Origin: Nitrosopumilaceae archaeon
GTDB taxonomy: Archaea; Thermoproteota; Nitrososphaeria; Nitrososphaerales; Nitrosopumilaceae
Assembly (NCBI GenBank): GCA_965207375.1
Contig: OZ242274.1
Span: forward strand, 1,728,001-1,792,000
DNA: 64,000 nucleotides
Direction: 5' to 3'
Under the pieces are notes generated by a model that was not told the DNA's origin, did not search any database, and was given only the letters and a program-made list of their open reading frames with translations. Position 1 is the first letter of the stretch; each line of letters starts with the position of its first letter. A program made the translations under genes and the position numbers. Shown here piece by piece: positions 1 through 11,800 of the stretch.

Positions 1-419
1 CAATGCATACAGTGTGATGGAATCTCTATTAGAACTATTTCTGTGGTTTTTTTCTCAGTATTGTCATCTGCATCTTTGGGCTGTTTGTCCTGGCAAGGCA
101 GCTTAGCTGCATCTTTGGATTGTTCATCAATTATTGTCTCTGCATCCCTGTCTACAGTATCTGCAATTACTGCTAGGATATGCTTGCATTGAGCCTGTCT
201 GTATTTGTGATCTGGACAGTCACATGACCAGGAATTTTTTTTCTGTATCACGGTATATCTGATGTTGTCCTTAGATTGGGACTGTACTGTGTAATGGTTA
301 TGCCTGACTTTTTTTATTGCATTTTGTGTTTCTAGTATTTTCAAGGCACGATTTCCGCGTCCTTGTGCACCCTTGCTCCAAGATACACGTGTACTCATCC
401 ATCTAGTAACTCTTGTCAT
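1..419 (-). CDS. SWIM zinc-finger-containing transposase (IS6-like thaumarchaeal type), N-terminal part; runs off window start
   Basis: Not in ORF track. Manual translation from ATG 419: MTRVTRWMSTRVSWSKGAQGRGNRALKILETQNAIKKVRHNHYTVQSQSKDNIRYTVIQKKNSWSCDCPDHKYRQAQCKHILAV...IPSHCMH. This has a CxC-x8-CKH SWIM motif and the start of a second Zn motif. A TIR-like motif lies upstream at 707-728. Confidence 0.65.
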   Translation of the reverse strand, partial: MTRVTRWMSTRVSWSKGAQGRGNRALKILETQNAIKKVRHNHYTVQSQSKDNIRYTVIQKKNSWSCDCPDHKYRQAQCKHILAVIADTVDRDAETIIDEQSKDAAKLPCQDKQPKDADDNTEKKTTEIVLIEIPSHCMH

Positions 420-664
420 TTTGTCAGTACTGCGCGTAAGCAGTACCGATGTCTTGTTTCGTATAGCCTCAAATTTTTCGTGTAGTTTAAATTTTGATCT
501 TGTATATGATTTTTGATATGTTAGTCCCATCATTGCGAAATACGATGGGACTACATGTCGTGTGTATTTGGATCATGTGGGTTAACAAATTTTGAAAAAA
601 TGGTTAAATTTTTGATCTCTTTTACCGGTACAAAAGCAAATTATGCTGCAATTGAAGAAATTTT

Positions 665-728
665 AGGCACGCGCAATCCGGAGAAAATTTGCATAGTGAC
701 TTTGACCAACAATTAACGCTGGAGAATC
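665..728. repeat. IS end with TIR-like motif (CAACAATTAACGCTGGAGAATC)
   Basis: About 65 bp similar to 40750-40814. Related TIR motifs at 35862, 40311 and 49828-49848. Confidence 0.65.
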
Positions 729-774
729 ATACGAAAAAATAACTTATAAACATCTTTGTTGGCACTAGAAACAA

Positions 775-3700
775 TTGAGAAGAATAATTTACGGTATAAT
801 GTTTTTACTGGTAGCACCAGTCTTGTTTAATGTAGATATATCAGCACAGACCCCAGAATATGTAGATATAGGAGCTCTAATCCCAAAGAGCGGCAACTTG
901 GCAGACTTGGGCCTCAGATGGGAGGCAGCAACCCAGTTTGGAGTTGAGAGATTCAACCAGTATCTGGAGGATAAAAACGCAGACTGGCGCCTGCGTCTTG
1001 CAGATGCAAACATTTTGGATACAAAATCAGACACAGATGCTGCAAACGATGCTGCTAGAACCCTCACACAGACAAATCAAATAGAATACATTATAGGTCC
1101 TGCAAGATCTAGCGCAGTTGAACAAATAAGACAGACAATGGAAAATGAGGACTGGTCTGCCCTGTTGATTTCGTGCTGTTCTACGGCATCTGAAATTGCA
1201 ATACAGGACACCATATTCAGATTGACTCCGGCAGACGACAAGCAAGGTCCGCACATTGCAAAGTTTTTGCACAACGAGGGAAAACAGGTCATGATTCCAA
1301 TGTGGATAAATGATCCATATGGAAACGGACTAGTCAAAAGTACTGTAGAACGGTTCAAAGAACTTGGCAATACTGCGATATATAGTCCACAGACTGACCA
1401 AAGCGCATCCTTTGATGCAACATCTGAAATCATGGCATACAAAGAATGCAGCGACAAAAATGGCTCAGAGGACGGCAAGGCAAACCCAACATGTGATGAT
1501 CAATTCACAGAAATGATACAAAAGCTAAACGACATTGTAACGATACAGATACTCTCACACGGTGCAGACAAGGTATCCATACTATATGTAGGATTTAACA
1601 CAGATGATATAGCACGTCAGGCAATGCAGTATCCTGCCCTGAAACTAGTACAATGGGTAGGCGCAGATGCATCAGTTTCGCCGTCACTAGTAAGCGATGA
1701 AAACTTGGGAGTGCGTGACTTTTTACACAATGTAAACTTTCGTGCAACCACATTCTCACTTGAAGCAACAACACAGGCACACAGTGATGTAACAAAACAT
1801 TTAGAGGAAAAATTTCCCGGAACACAAATTCTCTCATATGCATATTCCTCATATGATGCAGCATGGGCAATCGGCCTTGCAATAGAACAGACTCGGGCAG
1901 ATTCGGTAAAGGTCACAGTTCAAAATGTAACAGACCGCCTAGCAATGGCAGTTGAAAACCATCCAAATCCCGCACTTGGCACCATAAAGCTTGACAAATA
2001 CGGGGACATTGCAAGTGCAAGCTACGACGTGTACGGCATAGAATCAGATACAATAGGTGTGATACCTGCATGGCACAAGATAGGAACATTTAATCCAGAC
2101 GGTTTGTTTGCACCTTCATTTCGCAACCCCCTACAAACCATAAACATTGGAATACTGCTAAACACAGAAAATTACGGTTCAAACTTTAATGACGGCGTAT
2201 TTGGCGTGACAATGCAGCAGAGCATAAGAGACTGGAATGAGGCAAACACACAACACGAAATCAGACCATACACAATAAGCATATCTGATGGCCCACTAGC
2301 TGCTCTTAACACCTTACACAGCGGAATATATGACGACTTTTACCATCCAAAGCTAAACAAAACAATACACGAGGCCACAAGTACATATGATGGAAGTTTT
2401 GATATCAGTGGAAAATATATCGGCATGTCATACTATCCATTTGTTATAGATTCGCAAGGTATGATTGTACAAGACGGAATCAACATAGGCTCAGAGGACG
2501 GCCACACACAAAACGCAGACATTGATGAAATACCTGGCAGCGATAGAACAGCAGAACAGATGTTTGATCTGTTCAGAGAGACAAATGGACCAAAAGAGCT
2601 GTGGTGGCAATACGAGTACGGGTCACCTGCCATAATCAAGCGTTCATTGTTGATATACCATGAGGAATCAAACTCCATAGTAGGTGCAGGATATCATCCC
2701 ATACTAGGAGGAGATACACAACACAATGACACGCTACGCAAAGTAATACAAGATGCCGAACAGTACGTCAAAGATAACGGAAATGATGTAACTAGTCTCA
2801 ACGGCATATACGATATAAAAACAGCAGATTTGCCATTTTATTCATTTGTCATAGCACCAGACAGAACAGTTGTTGCAAGTTCACTACCCACAGAATCAGT
2901 AGGTAGAAGTGCAGACTTGATACCAATTATCGGCAAAACAATAGATCAAATTGAAGCAGAACTAGATGACACCGGCAAATCATGGGCAAGTTACTTTTTT
3001 TACAATCATCTGACAGGGATAGCAGAGGTAAAACGTGGTCTATTTGAGAGAGCTGAAATAAACGGTACAGAATATACGTTTGGTACAGGATATCACCCAT
3101 ACCAAAAAATATCATATTTCGTAGGTCCCTCATCTAGCGGCAATCTAGAGCCAATAATTGATTATATCAACGAAAATGACTATATACTGATATCGCCAAC
3201 ATCAACTGCACCCTCACTTGGCAAACCAGATAACGTGTTTAGACTATCGCCTCCAGATACGGTCGATGCCATACAGACCATACACCAAATGCGTGATGAT
3301 AACAAAAAGCACATCATACTAGTCCAAAGAGATGATGTCTGGGCCAATGGATTTGCAGACATCATACTGTCACATGAAGATATGGTGTTTTATGACATAA
3401 ATGATGGTACAAATGACATATTGTGGCCTGTAAGCAATATTGATTCTTTTGACTTTGATACATATGCAAAACACCTAGATGCACAGATTCAAGAAACAGT
3501 AACAAAAGCAGGATCAGAGGATCGCGTAGGGATTTTATACATTACATTTTCAGACAATTTTGTAAGATTCCTCAATGCAGTAGATAATCATACAGATATA
3601 GCTGACGACTCTGGCATATTTTCTGTAAAATATTACGGTACAAACTCTATGATAGATTCAATATTGCCAAGTAATGCAAATGCAAGTAAAATAGCCAAGG

Positions 3701-4404
3701 GGGCAGACATCACTGCAACCTCATATAATATACCAGACAACGAAATAAGCCTAGCGCTCAAAGATACGCTCCAGAAATTAGGAATACAGTACACCTCGTA
3801 TTATTTTGCCTCAGCATATGACGCAGTCATGCTCCTAGGAGATGCGGTATCATCTACTGATTCTGTAACAGAGACTGTTCAAAAGATTGCATCAACTAAC
3901 CAATACCTAGGCGCACTAGACAACAACATTGGAATATCACTAGATGCATCAGGTGACCTTGTTGCACACCCAGAGTATAATTCAATATACGAGTTGGCTC
4001 AAACAGGCAACCAATACACATGGCAGCAAAGAGACGATGCATGTTCTGTTGTATTATCAGAGTCCAGTGTAGATTTTGGATCAGTCAATATGCAAAAACC
4101 TCAAAGCAGTATACAAAATATGACATTTACAAATGACGGGACTACAACAATACGCATGATAGATGCAATTGCAGACGACTATGCAGATGCAACAGTAATG
4201 TCATCACTTGTAGAGTTTGGTAAAGACGGTCAAGGGTTTGAACGCCTGCTTGGCAAAAAGACACTTGTCACAGGACTCGAGCCTGGAGAAGCTGTAACCA
4301 TACAGTACAGAATGAACATACAGTATATACAGACAGATACCATACCAGAGGAAATAATACAAAACATATCATACAGAATAACGTGTGATTCGGAGGCATC
4401 CTAA
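775..4404 (+). CDS. Secreted multi-domain solute-binding protein: two type-1 PBP (LivJ/branched-chain-amino-acid-like) domains, two Cache-like domains inserted in the second, C-terminal Ig-like domain
   Basis: Signal peptide; IGALIPKSG, IIGPARSS, ISCCSTA, FRLTPAD and AYSSYDAAW motifs. Cache-like YPFVID...WWQYEY and YSFVIA...WASYFFYNHLTGIAEVK segments. Confidence 0.8.
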   Translation: MRRIIYGIMFLLVAPVLFNVDISAQTPEYVDIGALIPKSGNLADLGLRWEAATQFGVERFNQYLEDKNADWRLRLADANILDTKSDTDAANDAARTLTQTNQIEYIIGPARSSAVEQIRQTMENEDWSALLISCCSTASEIAIQDTIFRLTPADDKQGPHIAKFLHNEGKQVMIPMWINDPYGNGLVKSTVERFKELGNTAIYSPQTDQSASFDATSEIMAYKECSDKNGSEDGKANPTCDDQFTEMIQKLNDIVTIQILSHGADKVSILYVGFNTDDIARQAMQYPALKLVQWVGADASVSPSLVSDENLGVRDFLHNVNFRATTFSLEATTQAHSDVTKHLEEKFPGTQILSYAYSSYDAAWAIGLAIEQTRADSVKVTVQNVTDRLAMAVENHPNPALGTIKLDKYGDIASASYDVYGIESDTIGVIPAWHKIGTFNPDGLFAPSFRNPLQTINIGILLNTENYGSNFNDGVFGVTMQQSIRDWNEANTQHEIRPYTISISDGPLAALNTLHSGIYDDFYHPKLNKTIHEATSTYDGSFDISGKYIGMSYYPFVIDSQGMIVQDGINIGSEDGHTQNADIDEIPGSDRTAEQMFDLFRETNGPKELWWQYEYGSPAIIKRSLLIYHEESNSIVGAGYHPILGGDTQHNDTLRKVIQDAEQYVKDNGNDVTSLNGIYDIKTADLPFYSFVIAPDRTVVASSLPTESVGRSADLIPIIGKTIDQIEAELDDTGKSWASYFFYNHLTGIAEVKRGLFERAEINGTEYTFGTGYHPYQKISYFVGPSSSGNLEPIIDYINENDYILISPTSTAPSLGKPDNVFRLSPPDTVDAIQTIHQMRDDNKKHIILVQRDDVWANGFADIILSHEDMVFYDINDGTNDILWPVSNIDSFDFDTYAKHLDAQIQETVTKAGSEDRVGILYITFSDNFVRFLNAVDNHTDIADDSGIFSVKYYGTNSMIDSILPSNANASKIAKGADITATSYNIPDNEISLALKDTLQKLGIQYTSYYFASAYDAVMLLGDAVSSTDSVTETVQKIASTNQYLGALDNNIGISLDASGDLVAHPEYNSIYELAQTGNQYTWQQRDDACSVVLSESSVDFGSVNMQKPQSSIQNMTFTNDGTTTIRMIDAIADDYADATVMSSLVEFGKDGQGFERLLGKKTLVTGLEPGEAVTIQYRMNIQYIQTDTIPEEIIQNISYRITCDSEAS

Positions 4405-4405
4405 A

Positions 4406-7400
4406 ATGTCAATTATAGGTAAAATTTCACTTTTAGTTATAGTCATGGCGTTTGGAGCCATTACAATAATGTATACAGATGCAGCATATGCACAAGGAGC
4501 AAATGTAGATTCAATAACCTTTGTAAAAGAAACAAATGTCACAGACGCAATACGCGACATGCAAAATGGCGAGCTAGACGTCTATTACAGAAACGTTCCG
4601 CCAAGTACCATAGACGCCTTAGAGTCAACTAAGGGACTGCATCTTTACGAATCAACAGGAGGAATAAGATACAGCATATTTGTAAATCCTGCAGATACAG
4701 AATTTAATCCATTTTCAGACAGAGAGATTCGCTTTGCATTAAACTATATCATTGACAGAGACTATATTCTCAATGACCTTCTTGGGGGCCATGGCAGCAT
4801 ACAGTACTCAAATCTAGGTCCAACACATAGGGATTATAATTCAGTCTCAGATGCACAAAATGCTCTAGGCATAGTGTACAACCAAGACAAGGCAGATCAA
4901 ATCATAACAAAGGTACTAGAGGCAAAGGGTGCATCAAAAAATAATGATGGCATCTGGCAGTACGAGGGAGCAGATGTCGTAATCAAGATGTTCATACGTC
5001 AAGACGATCCTATACGTAAATCCCTAGGAGAGAGAATAGCAACTGAACTAGAAAGCATAGGATTTGTGGTAGAAAAAAGATACGGCAATTTGGCTGATGT
5101 ATATTCTGCCGTATACGGGACAGACCCCAAAGACTATACATGGCATATATACACAGAAGCATGGGCAGGCCAACAGATACGCAAATATGACACCTCAAGT
5201 CAGGCAGGATTCTATGCACCATGGCAAGCCAATATGCCAGGATCCGGAATTGCAAGCTATTGGAACTATCAAAATGACACCATAGACAATACAACACAGA
5301 CAATCTATAACGAATCATTTACAGACGAAGCACAGCGGATAAAACTAGTACAAAGGGCAGACCAAATAGCAATATCTGAAGCTGTGAGAATATTTCTTGC
5401 AAGTCAAAATGAGCTGCACATAGCATCAGAGAATGTATCAGGAATAGTGACAACGCAGGGGGAGGGAATATTATCGCGATTTTCAACCATTAATGCACAT
5501 GTTGAGGGTAAACCCACACTGAACATAGGTGTCAGACATATCAGTCAGGGCGCATGGAATCCAATAGGTGGATTCTCAGACACATACAGCAATACCATAT
5601 GGGACGTACTACATGATCCTTCAATAGACACACATCCAGTTACAGGGGATATAATACCTGTCAGGATAAACTGGATGGTGGACACACATGGTCCAGATGC
5701 AAATGCACAGGTACCAGATGATACCATACACTGGAATCACACAAGCCAAGCATGGGAGACAGTAGAGGCTCAAACCACATACGTAAGCAAGGTCACAGTA
5801 GACATGACATTTAGCAACTGGCACAACGGCCAGCCAATGAATATAAACGACATCATGTACGGCGTATACTTTAGCACGCAATGGGGACAGTCAGAACAGG
5901 GTGATGACACATATGATCAAATATACTCACCTGCAGCAAAGAGATCACTTGAAGAGGTCTCAGGCATACAAGGCATACGCGTATTAAATGATAATACCAT
6001 CGAGGTATATCTGAACTATTGGCATCAAGATGATTCAGAAATAGCAGCAAACGGCATATATTGGAGCGTCATGCCATGGGAGATTTATGCTGCAATAGAA
6101 AAAACAATCATCAATGATCAAGCCACATTTTCAACGCAGGATGATGCACAGATTCCATGGCTTTCACTTGTCAATTCAACACATGCAGGATTTATCAAAG
6201 AGCACCTAGAGAAATTCAAATCAGGCCAGTACGACACACCAGAGGGATTATACAATCAAGAGTTAGATGTTCAACCAAGATACGATGCATCAATAGGGTG
6301 GATAAATACACACAATCATGCAATAATAAGCAACGGACCATTTTATCTAAGTGAGAGTTATGCAAAAGATCAGCAAAGTCTAACAATAAAGGCATTTGAT
6401 GATGACACATATCCGTTTGGTCCAGACAAGTGGGAATATATCATAGCAGAGTCAAGTCCGCTAGGGCAAACCATACAGATAGGCTCCATAGTGCCATTGA
6501 CAGGAGGCGCATCAGGATACGGAATGGATATGGCACATGCAATAGATCTTGCAATACGTGATTTTAACGAAAAAAATACAATACAGTTAGAGCTGACAAG
6601 ACATTCAGACTCTGCAACAAATCCGGTCACCACACAAAAGGCATTTAATGACACGTATAGTTCCGGAATAAGACTGTACATTGGCCCCTCAATTAGTGCA
6701 GATGCAGTGATAAATGACCTGCGAGCAACAAACTCTATATTCATGATATGCTGTCTTGCCACGACACCGGAGGCAATAGATGACAACATATTCAGACTGA
6801 TTGCAAACCATACGGGTCACGGCAATGCATTAGCACACCTTATGAAATCAGAATATACAGATACCGTAATTATAGTTGGGCGCAACAATCCGTGGATTAC
6901 AGATCTGATGGATCAAACAGCTGCAAAGTTTGAGGGGTTGGGCGGTACGGTACACGAGCAAAGAATTCTGTATGATGACACATATGACTCTGCCATAACT
7001 GAGCTTCAGACTGAGCTAAATACGATAGCTGCAGACTGTACTGCATGCAATATTGCTATTTTGTATATCGGCTTTGAGGAGACAGTAGGATTCATGGAAT
7101 CATTACATGATGGCCTGAGAATACCTGAAAACATTCCGCTCTCAATGTACGGGGCAGAGACTAATACGGTAATACCTAAAATAGTTGAGAATCAAAAGGC
7201 TCACGACTTTGGCAAGCGCCTTGCAATGAAAGCAGTACAGCCTATAACATATGAAAATGACATAAACATACATGTAAAATCATACGTAAAACAAAAACTT
7301 GACAGGGATCCTAGCATATACGCATATTCTGCATATGATGCAGTAATGTTGCTTGGAGACTCTTTAATTAATGCAAACAGTACCAATGTGTCAGTACTAA

Positions 7401-8761
7401 AAGAGTCCATAAAGACCACAGGTGTAAACTATAACGGCGCACTAGGCAACATAACACTTGATGCAGCAGGAGATGTAGAAAACATGACCTATGGAGTATG
7501 GGAGCTACAGGATTCATGGATAAACACATTATACTTTGATTATAATACTGCAAGATTTGTAATTACACCAGATACCATACAGCAGGCAAATAAAATAAGC
7601 ACAACACTTGCAGAACCGGTCACGCCACCCGTACAGCCCCAACCACCTGTTGAACCTGAACCACCTGTACAACCAGAGCCCCCTGTAGAACCAATACAGT
7701 CCCAACCACCGGTAGAACCTGAATCTGCACCAAATAGATCAGGATCAGGCGGAGGAGGATTTACACTAGGCCCAGTTGCCGCAGCCTACAACAGATGTGG
7801 GACAAATGATGGTTTTATCATAATAGGTGCAACGTATGGTGATAACATGCTTGCATCAATATCATATGGCGATACCACAATTCCAGGAAAAGACATCAGC
7901 TCAGAGGTTGATTTCTCAAAGTATATCTCAAAGAGAATACCGGTAAATGTGTATGCGTTTAGCTTTGAGAATGTATCAATGGATGCATACCTCAAGGTCA
8001 ACATATATGACAAAAGTGGCAAATTAGCCACAGTGCCATTATCAACAGAGTCGTGTCAGGATGTACATCAATTCGGCATGATTAAAGGAATCACAGCAGG
8101 AGAATCTTTGGCAGATATTGTATCAGTTGGCAAGACAGATGTCTCTGCACCAGAAGAGACAGTAGAATCTGAAGCTAAAGAACCAAAAGATACCATAGAA
8201 TCTGTAGAGACTAAACCCGTAGAGCCTACAGAGACGGATAAAGATGAAAAACAGTCAGAGACTGCACAGCCTGTAGAACCAACAGAGATGGCTGAACCGG
8301 TGGAACCAACAGAGATGGCTGAACCTGTAGAGCCTACAGAGACTGCACAGATAACAGAGCCGGTAGAACCAGTAGCGGTTGCAAATGATTCGGACAACGG
8401 CTGCCTGATTGCAACTGCAGCATATGGAACAGAGCTTGCACCACAGGTACAACAGTTAAGGGAGATAAGGGACAGTATCGTGTTGCCCACACAGGCAGGT
8501 ACCTCATTTATGAGCGCATTTAACAACGCATACTATACATTCTCACCACAGATTGCAGACCTTCAAAGAGAACATGCAGTGTTTAGAGAATCAGTAAAGA
8601 TCTTTATCACTCCAGGAATCACAATACTAGGAGTCATGCACAGCTCAGACGGGTCAGAAGAATCAATACTGTTTTACGGCTCGATTGCAATAGCAATGCT
8701 TGCAGGAATCTACATAGTAGCTCCAACATTTGCAATCAGGACAATATGTAAAAAATTCTAG
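4406..8761 (+). CDS. Membrane-anchored fusion of peptide-binding (SBP family 5, OppA/DppA-like) and type-1 PBP domains, Pro/Glu linkers, CFI-box-type C-terminal anchor
   Basis: FNPFSDREIRFALNYIIDR, WHNGQPMNINDI and SNGPFYL (family 5); IGSIVPLTGG...AYSAYDAV (PBP1); GCLIATAAYGTELAPQVQQLREIRD plus TM helix. ATG 4406 preferred over GTG 4385. Confidence 0.85.
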   Translation: MSIIGKISLLVIVMAFGAITIMYTDAAYAQGANVDSITFVKETNVTDAIRDMQNGELDVYYRNVPPSTIDALESTKGLHLYESTGGIRYSIFVNPADTEFNPFSDREIRFALNYIIDRDYILNDLLGGHGSIQYSNLGPTHRDYNSVSDAQNALGIVYNQDKADQIITKVLEAKGASKNNDGIWQYEGADVVIKMFIRQDDPIRKSLGERIATELESIGFVVEKRYGNLADVYSAVYGTDPKDYTWHIYTEAWAGQQIRKYDTSSQAGFYAPWQANMPGSGIASYWNYQNDTIDNTTQTIYNESFTDEAQRIKLVQRADQIAISEAVRIFLASQNELHIASENVSGIVTTQGEGILSRFSTINAHVEGKPTLNIGVRHISQGAWNPIGGFSDTYSNTIWDVLHDPSIDTHPVTGDIIPVRINWMVDTHGPDANAQVPDDTIHWNHTSQAWETVEAQTTYVSKVTVDMTFSNWHNGQPMNINDIMYGVYFSTQWGQSEQGDDTYDQIYSPAAKRSLEEVSGIQGIRVLNDNTIEVYLNYWHQDDSEIAANGIYWSVMPWEIYAAIEKTIINDQATFSTQDDAQIPWLSLVNSTHAGFIKEHLEKFKSGQYDTPEGLYNQELDVQPRYDASIGWINTHNHAIISNGPFYLSESYAKDQQSLTIKAFDDDTYPFGPDKWEYIIAESSPLGQTIQIGSIVPLTGGASGYGMDMAHAIDLAIRDFNEKNTIQLELTRHSDSATNPVTTQKAFNDTYSSGIRLYIGPSISADAVINDLRATNSIFMICCLATTPEAIDDNIFRLIANHTGHGNALAHLMKSEYTDTVIIVGRNNPWITDLMDQTAAKFEGLGGTVHEQRILYDDTYDSAITELQTELNTIAADCTACNIAILYIGFEETVGFMESLHDGLRIPENIPLSMYGAETNTVIPKIVENQKAHDFGKRLAMKAVQPITYENDINIHVKSYVKQKLDRDPSIYAYSAYDAVMLLGDSLINANSTNVSVLKESIKTTGVNYNGALGNITLDAAGDVENMTYGVWELQDSWINTLYFDYNTARFVITPDTIQQANKISTTLAEPVTPPVQPQPPVEPEPPVQPEPPVEPIQSQPPVEPESAPNRSGSGGGGFTLGPVAAAYNRCGTNDGFIIIGATYGDNMLASISYGDTTIPGKDISSEVDFSKYISKRIPVNVYAFSFENVSMDAYLKVNIYDKSGKLATVPLSTESCQDVHQFGMIKGITAGESLADIVSVGKTDVSAPEETVESEAKEPKDTIESVETKPVEPTETDKDEKQSETAQPVEPTEMAEPVEPTEMAEPVEPTETAQITEPVEPVAVANDSDNGCLIATAAYGTELAPQVQQLREIRDSIVLPTQAGTSFMSAFNNAYYTFSPQIADLQREHAVFRESVKIFITPGITILGVMHSSDGSEESILFYGSIAIAMLAGIYIVAPTFAIRTICKKF

Positions 8762-8891
8762 TAAAACTGACACAACAGAAACTATACACAAAGACACATC
8801 TTAATTCAATTTTTGTGTTTTGCATTAAATGATTATAGTTGCATTTATGATACTGTCTAAGTTTATAGATTAGACAAATACAAAATCTACA

Positions 8892-11800
8892 ATGCAACAC
8901 CAAGTAAACGAGCAACAAAGAAATGCCATACAGAACATCGATGGACCATCTAGAATTGTTGCAGGTCCCGGCAGCGGCAAGACGTTTGTGATTGTAGAAA
9001 AGGTGCGCAAAATGGTAGAGAAAGGTACGCCAGAATCATCGATTCTGTGCATGACATTTACAAACAAGGCAGCCGAAGAGATGAGGCAAAGACTAGAAGG
9101 ATATGGCATACAAGACGCAAAGGTAAACACGTTTCATGCATTTGCAAAGGAGTTAATCGAGGATAACTTTACAGAGTCAGGAGTTACAAAATCAGCAAAA
9201 ATATTTAAAAAAATATCACAGATAATATGGTTCATAAAAAATACAGACAAGTTTGAAATTGATTCTGACCATCTAGACATGGGAGGAAGAAAACATCAGA
9301 TAGACATTTACGAACAGATGCTAGAGGCAATAGGTTCCTTTAAGGAATTAATAATACCATCACAGGATCTGCAAAGACACATCGATTCAAAGCTAAAACA
9401 CCTACAGGATGCAGACAATTCAGAGCAGCTAAAGCAATATCGGCTGCTAAATGAGTTCAACAAGGTGTATGCAGCATATGAAAAACACTGCAAGGAAAAG
9501 AATTTGATTGATTTTGATGACATGGTTGTAATTGCAGTCAAGATACTCAAAGACGAGGTCATCCTCAAAGACTACCTAAAACAGCTCCAGTACATTCTCG
9601 TAGACGAGTTTCAGGATAATAACTATTCACAGATGCAAATAGTCAAAGCGCTTGGTAGCAAGGCAAACGTCACAGTTGTAGGAGACGAGGATCAGAGCAT
9701 AATGAGATTTCAGGGTGCATATTCTGGAATATTTGAGGATTTTGAGGAGACTTGGCCTGATTTTAAAAAATTTGAGTTAAACCGTAACTATCGCAGTACA
9801 AAAAATATCGTAAATCTAGCAAATCAACTACTAAAGGACGTCAACTACAGAAAGGAAAAGAACCTACACTCAGACGAAGAAGACGGAGAGCAGGTACATG
9901 TGATTGAGAGTCCCACAGACAAAGGCGAGGTAGAGTTTGTAGTAAAAAAAATCCGCAGTTTGATTGGCTCGCATGTCAAAAGACGCAAAGATGATGACAG
10001 TCCTATATCATACAAAGATATTGCAATTCTGACTAGACGCAAGGCAGAGGGTCAAAAGTTTGCAAAATCGCTTCGCTCCTTTGGAATTCCTGCCACATTT
10101 TTAGGTGAATTTAACATGTTTACAAGCCCTGCAATACTAGACCTGCTTGCATACCTAAAGATAGCAGAATCACCAGAAACTGCAGGAATCGAGACATGTA
10201 GAATACTCAAAAATCACGGAATATCAGAGCAAAACATTTTGGTTCTTGCAAATGCAGCATATGAAAAAGCATCAAAATCCCACAGTAGCAGTGACTGTGT
10301 CCTAGAGACTGTCAGGAATTATCAAAAATATCCAATAACACAGCAGACTGAAATTGCAGAGATTGTATCACAGGTAGACAAAACAATGGAGCTTGTAGGT
10401 GCCACAGTAAGCGAGCTAGTCTACAAAACAATGTTTGACATATCTGGCCTGTACAAAAGACACATAGACTCAGAAAAACCACACGACAAGAGGAGCATAA
10501 TATTACTAAACAAGTTTTACGATCTTGCACAAGAGTTTCAAGATACGTATCCAGAAAAATCACTTTCAGAGTTTTTATCAGACATGGAAATCATAGGAGA
10601 CCTAGAAGTAGAGATGGACGATGTTGCAGTAGAAGAGTCAGTCAGCGTCCTGACAATGCATAAAAGCAAGGGAAAAGAGTTTCCAATAGTTTTTGTGGCA
10701 GACATGGTAGATGGAAAGTTTCCAACAAAGCTGAAAAAAACCCCATTTTCAGTACCGCCAGAAATGTCAAGGGAGCATGACAAGACAGAATACACCGAAG
10801 AGTCGCACATAGACGAGGAAAGACGTCTGCTGTATGTGGCGATAACTAGGGCGATGAACATGCTGTTTTTAATGTATCCAAAAAAACATACAGAAAATGT
10901 AAATGGAAAAAAACCATCAAGATTTCTAGATGAGTTAAACTATGAACAAAATCCTCTAATAACTACAATTGAGTTTGAAGAATCAGAAAACTTTGATTTA
11001 GAGTCAGAAGATGAAATCCAAAGAGAAAAGGACAGAATTCAAAAGGAGGCCATCAGGGCAATAAGTCAATCGCAGATGAAAAGTGCCATACACAGGATGG
11101 TGGAGCTTGGCAGGGTAGAACATTACGAAAAATACGGGAATTTTGAAGGTTTTGTACCAGAGAATGTGTTAAAGGTGGACACCTCAGATATAGACACGTC
11201 AATAAAATTTACAGGTAAAAAACAGACACTTGTTAACAAAGAAACTCTCACACTGTCACCTAGCAGCGTAAAGGCATATGAGGATTGTCCGCTAAAGTTC
11301 AAGTATCAAAAGATTATGCGCGTGCCTCAGCCTCCAAATACCGCATTTGAATTGGGATCTGTAATTCACAAGGTTGTAGAGGATATGGCACAAAAAAAGA
11401 CGAAACATGAAAAGGTGACAAAGGAGGAATGCATGAAAAAGCTGCAAGAATCATGGGAGACAAAAACATATCTGAACAGAACAGATGAGGGAAATGCAAA
11501 GTCGCGTGCAGAAAAGATGATAGATACATATCTAGAATGGGAAAACGGCACAAAGAATGTGCTTGTTGGAACCGAGATTGCATTTGAGGTAGAGATAGAA
11601 GGTGTCACGTTTAAGGGAAGAATTGACAGATTAGAGAAAAATCCAGATGGCAAGCTAGAGATAATTGATTTTAAATCCGGCAAAACTGTAAAAACCAAAA
11701 AAGAGGTAAAGACAGATCCCCAGCTAAACATATATGCAAAGGCAATAGAAAAGCTCAAAAATGAAACACCTGCAAAGGCAACATTGTTTTATGTAGAACA

